Notes under the pieces: generated by a model
Databases searched by the model: none
Seen by the model: the letters and a program-made list of their open reading frames with translations, nothing else
What the model was told of the DNA's origin: nothing
Source: an uncultured virus (IMG/VR IMGVR_UViG_2599185221_000008)
Taxonomy: Duplodnaviria; Heunggongvirae; Uroviricota; Caudoviricetes
DNA length: 20,000 bases
Direction: 5' to 3' (one strand)
IMG/VR virus record: IMGVR_UViG_2599185221_000008
Part shown: piece after piece, positions 9,678 to 17,683 of the stretch
How positions within the stretch are numbered: the first letter of the stretch is position 1
Layout: each line of letters opens with the position of its first letter
Made by a program: the position numbers and the translations under genes

Positions 9678-9701
9678 AAAATAGCCCGGATTGCTACGGG
9701 C
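9678..9701 (-). terminator. Weak terminator-like hairpin just upstream of the TMP RBS
   Basis: Minus strand GCCCG-TAGCAATC-CGGGC-TATTTT. Confidence 0.45.
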
Positions 9702-9710
9702 AGAAATTTG

Positions 9711-9875
9711 TTAGAATTTGTCGAAATCCTCCTGAGTGGCCAGGGTCGCATATTTGCAATCATCGTTCCGGCTTTCTGCGAACATATCATTGACCATGCC
9801 AATCGTAAGCAAATCTAAATCACGAATGGAAAGGCCAAGCTGAACACAGCGTAGCAGGAACAACGGCGTTGTCAT
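9711..9875 (-). CDS. Tail assembly chaperone, second ORF (gpT-like; probably made as a -1 frameshift fusion)
   Basis: Below the ORF-track cutoff: MTTPLFLLRCVQLGLSIRDLDLLTIGMVNDMFAESRNDDCKYATLATQEDFDKF (54 aa); its frame stays open back to the A-run at 9897-9904; lies between the chaperone and the TMP. Confidence 0.8.
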   Translation of the reverse strand: MTTPLFLLRCVQLGLSIRDLDLLTIGMVNDMFAESRNDDCKYATLATQEDFDKF

Positions 9876-10249
9876 TTCCCGGTCAGTTGGGCGAGCTTTT
9901 TTTTAGACTCAACCTCCGTCTGGGTATTGAGACCCCACAGCTCGATGAGCTTTGGAAGCACCTGATAGATAGAAAAGGTGTTGAAGCCATCCAGCCATTC
10001 CTCCGGAGAATCCGGCACTTCGGCATCTGCGTGCTTGGCCATGATGTAGGCGATGTTCTCAAACATCTCAAGGGAGAACATATCCAGAGAGGATTCCTCC
10101 GGATTGCCTTCACCCAGACTTTTTTCCAAAGCACGCAGGTCTTTATAGATGTCACGATGGAATTTCATGCGGTAAATACGAGGAATGGCTGCAGAGGCCC
10201 TGAAGGGCACCTGTTTACCATCGATTTCGATGTTCTGTTTCATACTCAT
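9872..10249 (-). CDS. Tail assembly chaperone (gpG-like), 125 aa
   Basis: Lies between the major tail and TMP genes; ends ...VESKKKLAQLTGK with a slippery sequence. Confidence 0.85.
   Translation of the reverse strand: MSMKQNIEIDGKQVPFRASAAIPRIYRMKFHRDIYKDLRALEKSLGEGNPEESSLDMFSLEMFENIAYIMAKHADAEVPDSPEEWLDGFNTFSIYQVLPKLIELWGLNTQTEVESKKKLAQLTGK
9896..9904 (-). promoter_or_regulatory. Programmed -1 ribosomal frameshift site (A AAA AAG)
   Basis: Minus strand TCT AAA AAA AAG CTC; a -1 shift reads ...KARPTDREMTTPLFLL... directly into the 9711-9875 ORF. Confidence 0.8.
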
Positions 10250-10251
10250 GA

Positions 10252-10851
10252 TTAACCTTCTCCTTCCGTAGTTGCAGTGTCAGTAGCAGCAGCCGGGATA
10301 TACACGGCCTTGTACCAGTTACCATAGACAGTAGCGTCAGTGGTGTCACCGGTCTTTGCCTTAACCATGCCGTTGGAAAGCGGCGTAGCTTTGATGGTCA
10401 AGGTTTCCGTCTGCACTTCCTTGCTGTCCTCGTTAGTCTTGCCTTCGATACCAGGACGGGAGGCAGAGCAGTTATACATGATGTGACGGATATGCTTTTG
10501 GTCGCCATCAAACTCAAAGAGAAGTGCAAAGGATGCAAGCTCCACCTCGGAGTTTTCAATCAGAACGCCCTTGCTGTCCAGTTCCTCCTTCAGCACGTCG
10601 GTACGGAAGGATTCAGGAATCATCGCAAGCTCAAGGTCACCCTCGTAGCCCATGTTGTTATTGATGACATAATAGGCGATGCCATCAGCGTAGAAGTTTT
10701 CCGGCTCACCGTTGGCATCCAAGGAGATGGATACGGAGCCGGGCATCGCAACAGGAGTGACAAAAGAGAAGGTGCCGTCCTCTGCAATGGTAATGAGCGC
10801 ATAGTGCGCATTTTTAAGGTTGTACTTAACCTTGTTGTTTTTATCAGCCAT
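10252..10851 (-). CDS. Major tail (tube) protein, phi13 family, 199 aa
   Basis: NKVKYNLKNAHYA...FYADG...NNMGYEGDLELA...FALLFEFDGD...YNCSASRP; RBS GGAGG. Confidence 0.9.
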   Translation of the reverse strand: MADKNNKVKYNLKNAHYALITIAEDGTFSFVTPVAMPGSVSISLDANGEPENFYADGIAYYVINNNMGYEGDLELAMIPESFRTDVLKEELDSKGVLIENSEVELASFALLFEFDGDQKHIRHIMYNCSASRPGIEGKTNEDSKEVQTETLTIKATPLSNGMVKAKTGDTTDATVYGNWYKAVYIPAAATDTATTEGEG

Positions 10852-10854
10852 TTG

Positions 10855-11172
10855 TCAGACCTCCATTTCAAATGTGTATAGGACTTCATAGAGCTTTTCG
10901 CTCTCAATCCAGGTTTCAGATTTGTTATAAAAAATGCCGTGATTATCCAGCACGGCCTCCAAGCTGCTTTCTAACGCTGGGGATTTCTCGTCAGTATACA
11001 GCTCGATATGATACTCATTTATCTTGAAATACACTCGGCCATCAGCAGCAAAGTTATTACTGCCCGGAACGAGATAACAGATAAAGGGTGGCTCCGGAGC
11101 TTCGCCCTCTGCAAAATGGTCGTAAGCAAAGGGTAGCTTCAGCTCCCGGAGCATTGCTAAAATATCATCCAT
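10855..11172 (-). CDS. Putative tail terminator/completion protein, 105 aa
   Basis: Start ATG 11172 with RBS AAGGAG; LPFAYDHF...PPFICY...NFAADGRVY...IELYT...WIESEKLYEVLY; directly before the major tail gene. Confidence 0.75.
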   Translation of the reverse strand: MDDILAMLRELKLPFAYDHFAEGEAPEPPFICYLVPGSNNFAADGRVYFKINEYHIELYTDEKSPALESSLEAVLDNHGIFYNKSETWIESEKLYEVLYTFEMEV

Positions 11173-11548
11173 CTCGCAGGCTCCTTTCAATTTCTGTTTC
11201 CAGTTGCTTTACACCGATTTCCTCCGCAGGAGCGATATGTGCCTTTCCGGCCACACGGCCACCACCACGCTTGGCATGACCAAATTCCAGCAGATGCGCT
11301 AACTGATAGCGATTTTTGGAATAGACGGTCACTTCCAGCGCATTGGAGGTTTCCTTTGTGTTTTTTACAGACCAGCTCTTGGCGTAGATACCCTTGTTCT
11401 TCGGAGCGTTGGCTTCGATTTCTTTACGAACAGTGGTACCAGCTTTTTTGACAGCCTTTTTCATATCGTCGGTAGCAAGGTCGGCATATTCTGTCAGGCC
11501 CTTCATCACCTCAGAAGCCAGCTGGTCGATACGGATGCTATTTGCCAT
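11165..11548 (-). CDS. HK97 gp10-like neck/tail-completion protein
   Basis: APKNKGIYAKSW...LAHLLEFGHAKRGGGRVAGKAHIAPA motif; start at 11548, with an alternative ATG at 11554 overlapping the upstream stop. Confidence 0.85.
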   Translation of the reverse strand: MANSIRIDQLASEVMKGLTEYADLATDDMKKAVKKAGTTVRKEIEANAPKNKGIYAKSWSVKNTKETSNALEVTVYSKNRYQLAHLLEFGHAKRGGGRVAGKAHIAPAEEIGVKQLETEIERSLRDG

Positions 11549-11550
11549 CG

Positions 11551-11883
11551 TCATCGTCTCACTTTCTGGCAGCGGAGCTTGATACACTTGCGCTTGAAAT
11601 TCATGTGGTCAACGGCGGTGATGTCATAGGGCTCACCAGCGAATTCCACACGAAAACCGGTAGAAGTGAGAGCAGCAGCTTTTCTGCAATAGCGGAGCGT
11701 AAAGTCAATCGTATCGGCCTCCACAGTCTGGGCCGCAGCAGTTTCTTCCTTGCCGCCCTCGGCGCTGACTGTTGCATAGCAGGAGTAGTATTCCTGCCAG
11801 CTGTTTTTGTGGTTTCCGATTTCATCCACGGTCACAGCATTTTGCAGGAGCCTGATGCGGACATTCAGAAGTTCAATGTTCAT
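11551..11883 (-). CDS. Head closure / head-tail adaptor protein (SPP1 gp16-like), 110 aa
   Basis: LNVRIRL...DEIGNHKNSW...FTLRY...RVEFAGEPYDITAVD pattern; synteny. Confidence 0.85.
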   Translation of the reverse strand: MNIELLNVRIRLLQNAVTVDEIGNHKNSWQEYYSCYATVSAEGGKEETAAAQTVEADTIDFTLRYCRKAAALTSTGFRVEFAGEPYDITAVDHMNFKRKCIKLRCQKVRR

Positions 11884-12158
11884 CAGAAGCCCTCCTGTCT
11901 GCTGCCGAAGAGGAGTGAACGCAGGGTCAGCGTCAAAGCGTGATGGTCAGCTTCCTCACGATGCTCGTAAAGATAAGCGACCGTATACATGATGGCGGTC
12001 TTGGCATTATCCACGGCTTCCAAGGCTGCAGTATCTTCTGTGCGCAGAATATCCATGCAGAGCTTTTCGGCACTGGTCAGCAGCGTTTCCAAAAGCGCAT
12101 CGTCATCCTCGTAATCCACACGCAGGTATTGTTTCATGTCAGCAAGTGCTACAAGCAT
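11883..12158 (-). CDS. Head-tail connector (HK97 gp6 / SPP1 gp15-like), 91 aa
   Basis: Start ATG 12158 with RBS GAGGTG; MKQYLRVDYEDDDALL...AIMYTVAYLYEHRE signature. Confidence 0.9.
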   Translation of the reverse strand: MLVALADMKQYLRVDYEDDDALLETLLTSAEKLCMDILRTEDTAALEAVDNAKTAIMYTVAYLYEHREEADHHALTLTLRSLLFGSRQEGF

Positions 12159-12180
12159 ATCTATCACCACCTCGGTCATT

Positions 12181-12215
12181 AAAAATTAGCAGTTCCCCAG
12201 TGATAGGACACTGCC
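12181..12215 (-). terminator. Putative intrinsic terminator downstream of the major capsid gene
   Basis: Minus strand GCAGT-GTCCT-ATCACT-GGGGA-ACTGC-TAATTTTT: imperfect stem with a T-rich tail. Confidence 0.55.
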
Positions 12216-12231
12216 TGTGTTGCAGAGTTTC

Positions 12232-13407
12232 TTATTTTGCGTCAGCGAGCTTCAGAATCTGAACAGCTTCAGGAAGGATGAGCTTACCATCCACACGCTC
12301 CTTGGCCACATAGCCAATCAGGCCGTTACCGGCAAAGAGCTCGGTGAGCTGCTTGAAGGAACGAGTGCCACGGTCACCGATGTTGTAGTAGCCGTAATCA
12401 CCAAAGGCGATGGCATTCTCCGGTGCGAACTGAGAGGTGTGGACTGCATAGCCCAGCACACGGTCAGGCTCACCAGCCTGGTAGGAAGGCTGCCAGATGT
12501 AGGCACCGTTGTTATCCTTGAACTTACGGATGGTAGCAATGGTGCGGTCGTTCATGATGAAGGACGCATTCTTGCGGTACGGACGCTTCAAAGCATAGAC
12601 CAGATTGAACAGGTCGTCTGCCTTAAGAGCTGCAGTAAGAGTTTCTTCCACCTGACCGCCGCCAGTCTCAGCGAAAAGGCCCAGAGGCTGACCAACACCA
12701 GTACCATTAAGGAAAGAGTCCTCCTCGGCATTGGCCAGTGCCTTACCAAACTGCTCGATAATGTAGCTCTCCAGATTGAAGGCATTGTCGTAGAGCAATT
12801 CCTCGGTCACCTTGATGGCAACATGGAGCTTGTGGGCATCCAGCAAAATCTGAGAGAAGGTTGCATCCGTAAACTGGAGTGCGCCGCCTTCCTCAATCCA
12901 TGCAGCGGCAGGCTTTGCAGCAGCAATATTGATTTTATGTTCGCCGCTGGTAGTAATGGTGTGGGCCAACTGACGCATGATGTTGCCTTCGGTGAGGGCC
13001 TGAATCAAGCGATGGTCGTACTCCTCAGGTACCAGATAGCCGCCATCGGCATCCACGCCTTCCTGCAGAATATTGGATACCTGCTTGAAGTTGGAGCGGA
13101 GTGCCTTCAGCATGCCGGACTTGTACTCGTCAGAGGCACGACCGGTCTTTGCTTCCGGCTGCTTGCCAGTGGCAGGCTTAGAAGTGAGAGGCGTGTTGAC
13201 CGGCTTGGAGAGCTCGGCCTCCAGCTGTTCCTGACGCTCCAGTCGGCTGATTTCCTTGCCAAGGTCGGAGATTTCCTGCTCCATCTTGCAATAGGTAGCG
13301 TCGTCCTCGGCAGTCAGAGTGCCTTTTTCGGTGCGATGAGAATCGAGAAATGCCTTTGCAGCATTCCATGCAGTGTTGCGCTTTTCACGCAGTTCTAAAA
13401 TAGTCAT
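12232..13407 (-). CDS. Major capsid protein, HK97 fold, 391 aa
   Basis: ATG 13407 with RBS GGAGGT; N-terminal coiled-coil delta domain, then DGGYLVPEE, AAWIEEG, VTEELLYD, IAFGDY, ERVDGKLILPEA. Confidence 0.95.
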   Translation of the reverse strand: MTILELREKRNTAWNAAKAFLDSHRTEKGTLTAEDDATYCKMEQEISDLGKEISRLERQEQLEAELSKPVNTPLTSKPATGKQPEAKTGRASDEYKSGMLKALRSNFKQVSNILQEGVDADGGYLVPEEYDHRLIQALTEGNIMRQLAHTITTSGEHKINIAAAKPAAAWIEEGGALQFTDATFSQILLDAHKLHVAIKVTEELLYDNAFNLESYIIEQFGKALANAEEDSFLNGTGVGQPLGLFAETGGGQVEETLTAALKADDLFNLVYALKRPYRKNASFIMNDRTIATIRKFKDNNGAYIWQPSYQAGEPDRVLGYAVHTSQFAPENAIAFGDYGYYNIGDRGTRSFKQLTELFAGNGLIGYVAKERVDGKLILPEAVQILKLADAK

Positions 13408-13421
13408 AGTAAATACCTCCA

Positions 13422-14168
13422 TTAAATGTGTTGTTTGATAAGGTCAAGGCGCTCCATCAAAGAATCAATAGAGTGACCGGTTTCGACAGGCTTCGACTGG
13501 ATACGGCATTTTGCAGCCAGCTTATCCAGTAAGGAATTGGTGACAGCAGCACGGGAAAAGAGCATCGGGCCATCGGCCTTGTTCTCCACAGGCGTGTCAC
13601 TTGGACGCATCAGGATTTCATCGGCAAAGCCCATGTCAACAGCCGTATGTGCGTCCATCCAGGTCTCGGCATCCATGAGATGGGAGAGCTTGGCACGGCT
13701 CATGCCGGTTTTGATTTCATAGGCGTTGATGATGCTTTCCTTCACCTCGTCCAGCATGGCGATGGCTTTCTGCATCTCTGCGGAATCGCCAAAGGCCACG
13801 GTGGCCGGATTGTGAATCATCAGCATGGACACGGGAGATACCAGCACCTTGGTACCGGCCATTGCAATGACCGAAGCTGCCGAAGCAGCAATGCCATCAA
13901 TCTTTACTGTGACGTTGCCCTTGTAATCCATCAGCATGTTATAAATCTGTGCAGCAGCTACGCAGTCACCGCCCGGAGAGTTAATCCAGACGGTAATGTC
14001 ACCGCTGCCGGAGAGCAGCTCATCTTTGAAGAGCTTCGGTGTAACATCATCGTCAAACCAACTGTCCTCGGCGATGGTGCCGTTTAGGAACAGCGTCCTC
14101 TCCAGTGTTTCCTCCTGCGTCTCCTGATTGGTCACCGTCTGATTCTTCCACTTCCAGAATTTCTTCAT
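13422..14168 (-). CDS. ClpP-family prohead maturation protease, 248 aa
   Basis: ATG 14168 with RBS GGAGG; INSPGG, GIAASAAS (catalytic Ser), MIHNP (His), ETW motifs; lies between portal and capsid. Confidence 0.93.
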   Translation of the reverse strand: MKKFWKWKNQTVTNQETQEETLERTLFLNGTIAEDSWFDDDVTPKLFKDELLSGSGDITVWINSPGGDCVAAAQIYNMLMDYKGNVTVKIDGIAASAASVIAMAGTKVLVSPVSMLMIHNPATVAFGDSAEMQKAIAMLDEVKESIINAYEIKTGMSRAKLSHLMDAETWMDAHTAVDMGFADEILMRPSDTPVENKADGPMLFSRAAVTNSLLDKLAAKCRIQSKPVETGHSIDSLMERLDLIKQHI

Positions 14169-15426
14169 CGGAATCTTCCTCCTTTCCAGCAGCAGTGGTC
14201 GCTGCAAATATACCGGCATCCTCCAGCTTGGTCATGTTGCCGTTGATGAGATATAGGTCACCACCTTGCTCGGCGGGGATGCGGTCAAGATTTTCAAGTT
14301 CACGGATGTCGTTGGCGCTCATCCAGCCGTTCTGTCTGGCCGTTGCATAGCCATTCATGCGGCTTTGGTAATCACCACGGAGAAGGCCGTCCACATTGAA
14401 CTTTACAAAATAAGCAGCCTTCTCGGTTTCAGAGAGAAGTGCCCGGTTGATGGATTGTTCCCAACGGACTATCCACGGCTCCAAGGTGTACTTCACAAAT
14501 TCCAAGGATTGCTGCTCAATATTAGAAAAGCTCGATTTCTCCAAATCGCCGACCATGTGAGGCGGCACTCGGAAAATTCGAGCTATTTCATCAATCTGAA
14601 ATTTTCGGGTTTCTAAGAACTGTGCTTCGTTTGGTGAAATGGAGATGGGCGTGTATTTCATGCCTTCCTCCAGCACAGCGACCTTGTTCGCATTGGAGCT
14701 GCCGCCAAAGGCGCTGTTCCAGCTCTCTCTGACCTTGGCAGGGTCTTTTACCGTGCCAGGATGCTCCAAGATGCCGCCCGGTGTGGCTCCGTTTGCAAAG
14801 AACTTTGCACCGTATTCCTCACAGGCAATCGCCATGCCGATAGCGTTTTTTGCCATCGCAATGGGAGAGTAGCCCACAAGGCCATCAAAGCCGAGGCCCG
14901 GAATGTGAAGCACATCGGTAGCTTTCAGAGTGACCGTTCCGGTTTTCATGGTCGGAGCGTCGGAGTCCTGCATCTGGTACTGATAGTAGAGTTTGCCCTT
15001 ATCATCCCGGTCAACGGTCATTCGATTTGGCATCAGCGGATACAGGGCGATGATTTCACCTTTTCCGTTGCGGATAATCTGCGCATAGGCATTGCCCCAG
15101 AGGAGCAGGTGCGTCATCAGCGTTTCTCGAAACACAAAGGAGGTCATCTCCGGATTAGGCGCATCGTGCAGGAGCCGGTACAAGGAATGCTCCAGCGCCT
15201 TATCCTTGCTGCCGTCCTCACGATATTTGTATAGGTGCACAGGCAGTCCGGCGATGGCTTCGGACAAGATACGCACACAGGCATAGACCGCAGTCATCTG
15301 CAGCGCCGAGCGTTCATTGACCGGCTTGCCAGAGGTGGAGCCGCCAAAGAAAAAGCGGTAGGCATTGCCGGAGGTGCTGTTGGTGGGCTTGTCCCTTGAC
15401 CGGAACAGACCAGATATAATGCTCAT
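14053..15426 (-). CDS. Portal protein, HK97 family, 457 aa
   Basis: ATG 15426 with RBS GGGAG; AVYACVRILSEAIAGLP, PNPEMT, LLWGNAY, G.SPI, FFANGATPGG, EIARIFRVPP, SNIEQQ, NDIRELENL. Confidence 0.95.
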   Translation of the reverse strand: MSIISGLFRSRDKPTNSTSGNAYRFFFGGSTSGKPVNERSALQMTAVYACVRILSEAIAGLPVHLYKYREDGSKDKALEHSLYRLLHDAPNPEMTSFVFRETLMTHLLLWGNAYAQIIRNGKGEIIALYPLMPNRMTVDRDDKGKLYYQYQMQDSDAPTMKTGTVTLKATDVLHIPGLGFDGLVGYSPIAMAKNAIGMAIACEEYGAKFFANGATPGGILEHPGTVKDPAKVRESWNSAFGGSSNANKVAVLEEGMKYTPISISPNEAQFLETRKFQIDEIARIFRVPPHMVGDLEKSSFSNIEQQSLEFVKYTLEPWIVRWEQSINRALLSETEKAAYFVKFNVDGLLRGDYQSRMNGYATARQNGWMSANDIRELENLDRIPAEQGGDLYLINGNMTKLEDAGIFAATTAAGKEEDSDEEILEVEESDGDQSGDAGGNTGEDAVPKRHHRRGQLV

Positions 15427-15442
15427 ATAAAAATCACTCCCT

Positions 15443-17044
15443 TCAGATAAACAAAATGCCTCTGTCATCATAAACAGAAGCACCTGCGTCGTTGCCACAG
15501 CGGATAGCTCGGTCGAGGCCCATGATGGTGGCAACAGCGCCGTCAATCTTTTCTGTGGATTTTTCTTTGTCGGCCTTGATATTGCCAGCCGGGTCGGTGC
15601 GGATGAAGATGTTATCCATCATCCAGCGGAGTACGGGATGACCACTGTGGGCCAGCCGCTGTTCCAAGGTCAGCTTCATCAGCTCTTTGGTCGGAGGCGA
15701 CATGTCTTTGAAGCCCTGCCCAAACGGCACGACCGTGAAGCCCATGCCCTCCAAGTTCTGCACCATCTGTACAGCGCCCCAGCGGTCAAAGGCAATCTCA
15801 CGGATATTGAAGCGTTCACCGAGGCTCTCGATGAACTTCTCGATGTAGCCGTAGTGAACGACATTTCCTTCGGTGGTCTGCACGAAGCCTTGTCGTTCCC
15901 AAACGTCATACGGAACATGGTCACGTTTCACTCGCAGGTCGATGGTTTCTTCCGGTATCCAGAAATATGGGAGAATGGAGTATTTGTCATCCTCATCCTC
16001 CGGTGGGAACACCAGCACGAAGGCGGTAATATCGGTTGTGGAAGAAAGGTCAAGGCCGCCGTAGCAGACCCGGCCCTCCAGCGCTTCCTCATCCACCTTA
16101 AAGGAGCAGGCATCCCATTTGTCCATTGGCATCCAGCGGATTGCCTGCTTGACCCATTGATTAAGTCGCAGCTGTCGGAAGGAGTTCTCCTCACCGGGAT
16201 TTTGCTGGGCCGATTCGCAGGCTGCTTTTACCTTGTCCATTCCGACTGTAATGCCGAGAGAGGGATTGGCTTTTTTCCAGACCTCCGGGTCAGTCCAGTC
16301 ATCGCTTTCATCAGCACCGTAGATAACCGGATAGAAGGTGGAGTCCAGCTTGCGGCCCTCCAGAATATCCTTGGCCTTCTGGTGTGTTTCATAGCAGATG
16401 CTGTTGGTGTCAGTACCGGCAGTGGTAATCAGAAAATACAGCGGCTGCATACGAGCATCGCCGGAGCCCTTGGTCATAACATCAAAGAGCTTACGATTGG
16501 GCTGGGTGTGCAGCTCATCAAAGACAACGCCGTGAATATTGAAGCCGTGCTTGCTGTAGGCCTCTGCGGAAAGCACCTGATAGAAGCTGTTGGTGGGCTG
16601 GTAAACGATACGCTTCTGGGAAGTCAGTATCTTTACTCGCCGGTTGAGCGCAGGACACATACGCACCATATCGGCAGCCACATCAAATACGATGGTTGCC
16701 TGCTGGCGGTCAGCTGCGCAGCCGTAGACCTCGGCACGTTCCTCGCCGTCGCCGCAGGTAAGCAGCAGAGCCACCGCAGCGGCCAGTTCGGATTTGCCCA
16801 TTTTCTTGGGAATTTCCACATAGGCGGTATTGAACTGACGATAGCCGTTTGGCTTGAGAGTGCCGAAGATGTCTCGGATGATTTGTTCCTGCCAGTCAAT
16901 CAGTTCGAAGGGCTTTCCGGCCCAGGTGCCTTTGGTGTGGCAGAGGCATTCAATAAAATTGACTGCGTAATCCGCCATCTGTTTGTTGTAGGTGGAGTCC
17001 GCAGCCATAAAGCGTGTGGGTTTGTAGTTTTTCAGTTTTCTCAA
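15443..17044 (-). CDS. terL: Terminase large subunit, 533 aa
   Basis: TTG start with RBS AAAGGAGG; Walker A IPKKMGKSE, Walker B VVFDELH, coupling motif ITTAG, nuclease motifs GGLDLSS and KIDG. Confidence 0.95.
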   Translation of the reverse strand: MRKLKNYKPTRFMAADSTYNKQMADYAVNFIECLCHTKGTWAGKPFELIDWQEQIIRDIFGTLKPNGYRQFNTAYVEIPKKMGKSELAAAVALLLTCGDGEERAEVYGCAADRQQATIVFDVAADMVRMCPALNRRVKILTSQKRIVYQPTNSFYQVLSAEAYSKHGFNIHGVVFDELHTQPNRKLFDVMTKGSGDARMQPLYFLITTAGTDTNSICYETHQKAKDILEGRKLDSTFYPVIYGADESDDWTDPEVWKKANPSLGITVGMDKVKAACESAQQNPGEENSFRQLRLNQWVKQAIRWMPMDKWDACSFKVDEEALEGRVCYGGLDLSSTTDITAFVLVFPPEDEDDKYSILPYFWIPEETIDLRVKRDHVPYDVWERQGFVQTTEGNVVHYGYIEKFIESLGERFNIREIAFDRWGAVQMVQNLEGMGFTVVPFGQGFKDMSPPTKELMKLTLEQRLAHSGHPVLRWMMDNIFIRTDPAGNIKADKEKSTEKIDGAVATIMGLDRAIRCGNDAGASVYDDRGILFI

Positions 17045-17067
17045 CGGTGCAGCCTCCTTTCGGGCAT

Positions 17068-17092
17068 AAAAAATAGCCGCCTGTTAGCGACT
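17068..17092 (-). terminator. Putative intrinsic terminator immediately upstream of terL
   Basis: Minus strand AGTCGC-TAACAG-GCGGCT-ATTTTTT: 6-bp stem with a G.U pair and a T6 tract. Confidence 0.55.
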
Positions 17093-17148
17093 TCGTGTAC
17101 GAGGAACAGAGCCCTTCGGCTCCGTCCTGCCTGATTGTATTCAGGTGG

Positions 17149-17328
17149 TTAGCATTTTTCGATGCGGAAGGTCATGCCATCTACTTGGATGATGCGGTAG
17201 GTGCCGCCGTGCCAGCAGACCTTGACAATTCTTATCCCGACGTAGGCATTGCTTTGCTGGCGGTCGGAAATGATAGTGCCATGCGCTTCCATCCAGTCAG
17301 CCAGATTTTCAAGAAGTCTCTCATTCAT
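17149..17328 (-). CDS. Small hypothetical protein, 59 aa
   Basis: Below the ORF-track cutoff: MNERLLENLADWMEAHGTIISDRQQSNAYVGIRIVKVCWHGGTYRIIQVDGMTFRIEKC; strong RBS AAGGAGG; fills the gap co-oriented with its neighbours. Confidence 0.75.
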   Translation of the reverse strand: MNERLLENLADWMEAHGTIISDRQQSNAYVGIRIVKVCWHGGTYRIIQVDGMTFRIEKC

Positions 17329-17340
17329 ATCCGGCCCTCC

Positions 17341-17472
17341 TTAGTTGTAGTTGTTCAAGAGGATGCAAAGCGCAAGCTCAGCTTCCTTGCAGGTGGGCTC
17401 GATGTCCCAGTCTCTATCGTAGTTGCAGATGACTTCGCCGTTTGCCTTCAGCATCAGCTTGGAAATCTTACC
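17341..17472 (-). pseudogene. 5'-truncated remnant of a small conserved prophage protein
   Basis: Frame reads GKISKLMLKANGEVICNYDRDWDIEPTCKEAELALCILLNNYN*, matching from memory the C-terminal half of ~75-aa proteins found at this position in related prophages (ISKL...NYDRGWD). No RBS-equipped start; an in-frame stop lies a few codons upstream. Confidence 0.65.
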
Positions 17473-17683
17473 GCTGACATTTATCAACACCGAAGATTAC
17501 GTTAAGACCGGAGCCGTTATCCCAATTCACCAGAAGGCTGCCGGTGTCATCGACTCCGTAGACCGTTCCAAGGGTGCCAACAGGCGGTGCCTGCTGGTCA
17601 TCCATCTGGAGCAGCTCCACACGGGTGCCGTTTGGGTATTGCTGGCGCAGGCGCTCGACCTGTTCATTACTTGGGAATCGCAT
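17468..17683 (-). CDS. DUF4314-like small protein, 71 aa
   Basis: ATG 17683 with RBS AAAGGAGG; YPNGTRVELLQMDD..APPVGTLGTV..VDDTGSLLVNWDNGSGL signature. Confidence 0.8.
   Translation of the reverse strand: MRFPSNEQVERLRQQYPNGTRVELLQMDDQQAPPVGTLGTVYGVDDTGSLLVNWDNGSGLNVIFGVDKCQR

Noticed and set aside
9578..9802. 74-aa minus-strand ORF in the track between the chaperone and the TMP
   Set aside because: Wrong frame: it overlaps the TMP start and the terminator-like hairpin; the 9711-9875 frame fits the frameshift model.
12217..13398. 393-aa plus-strand ORF
   Set aside because: Antisense mirror of the capsid gene with no protein-like features.
15638..17134. 498-aa plus-strand ORF
   Set aside because: Antisense shadow of terL; no recognisable motifs or RBS; explained by codon bias of the real gene.
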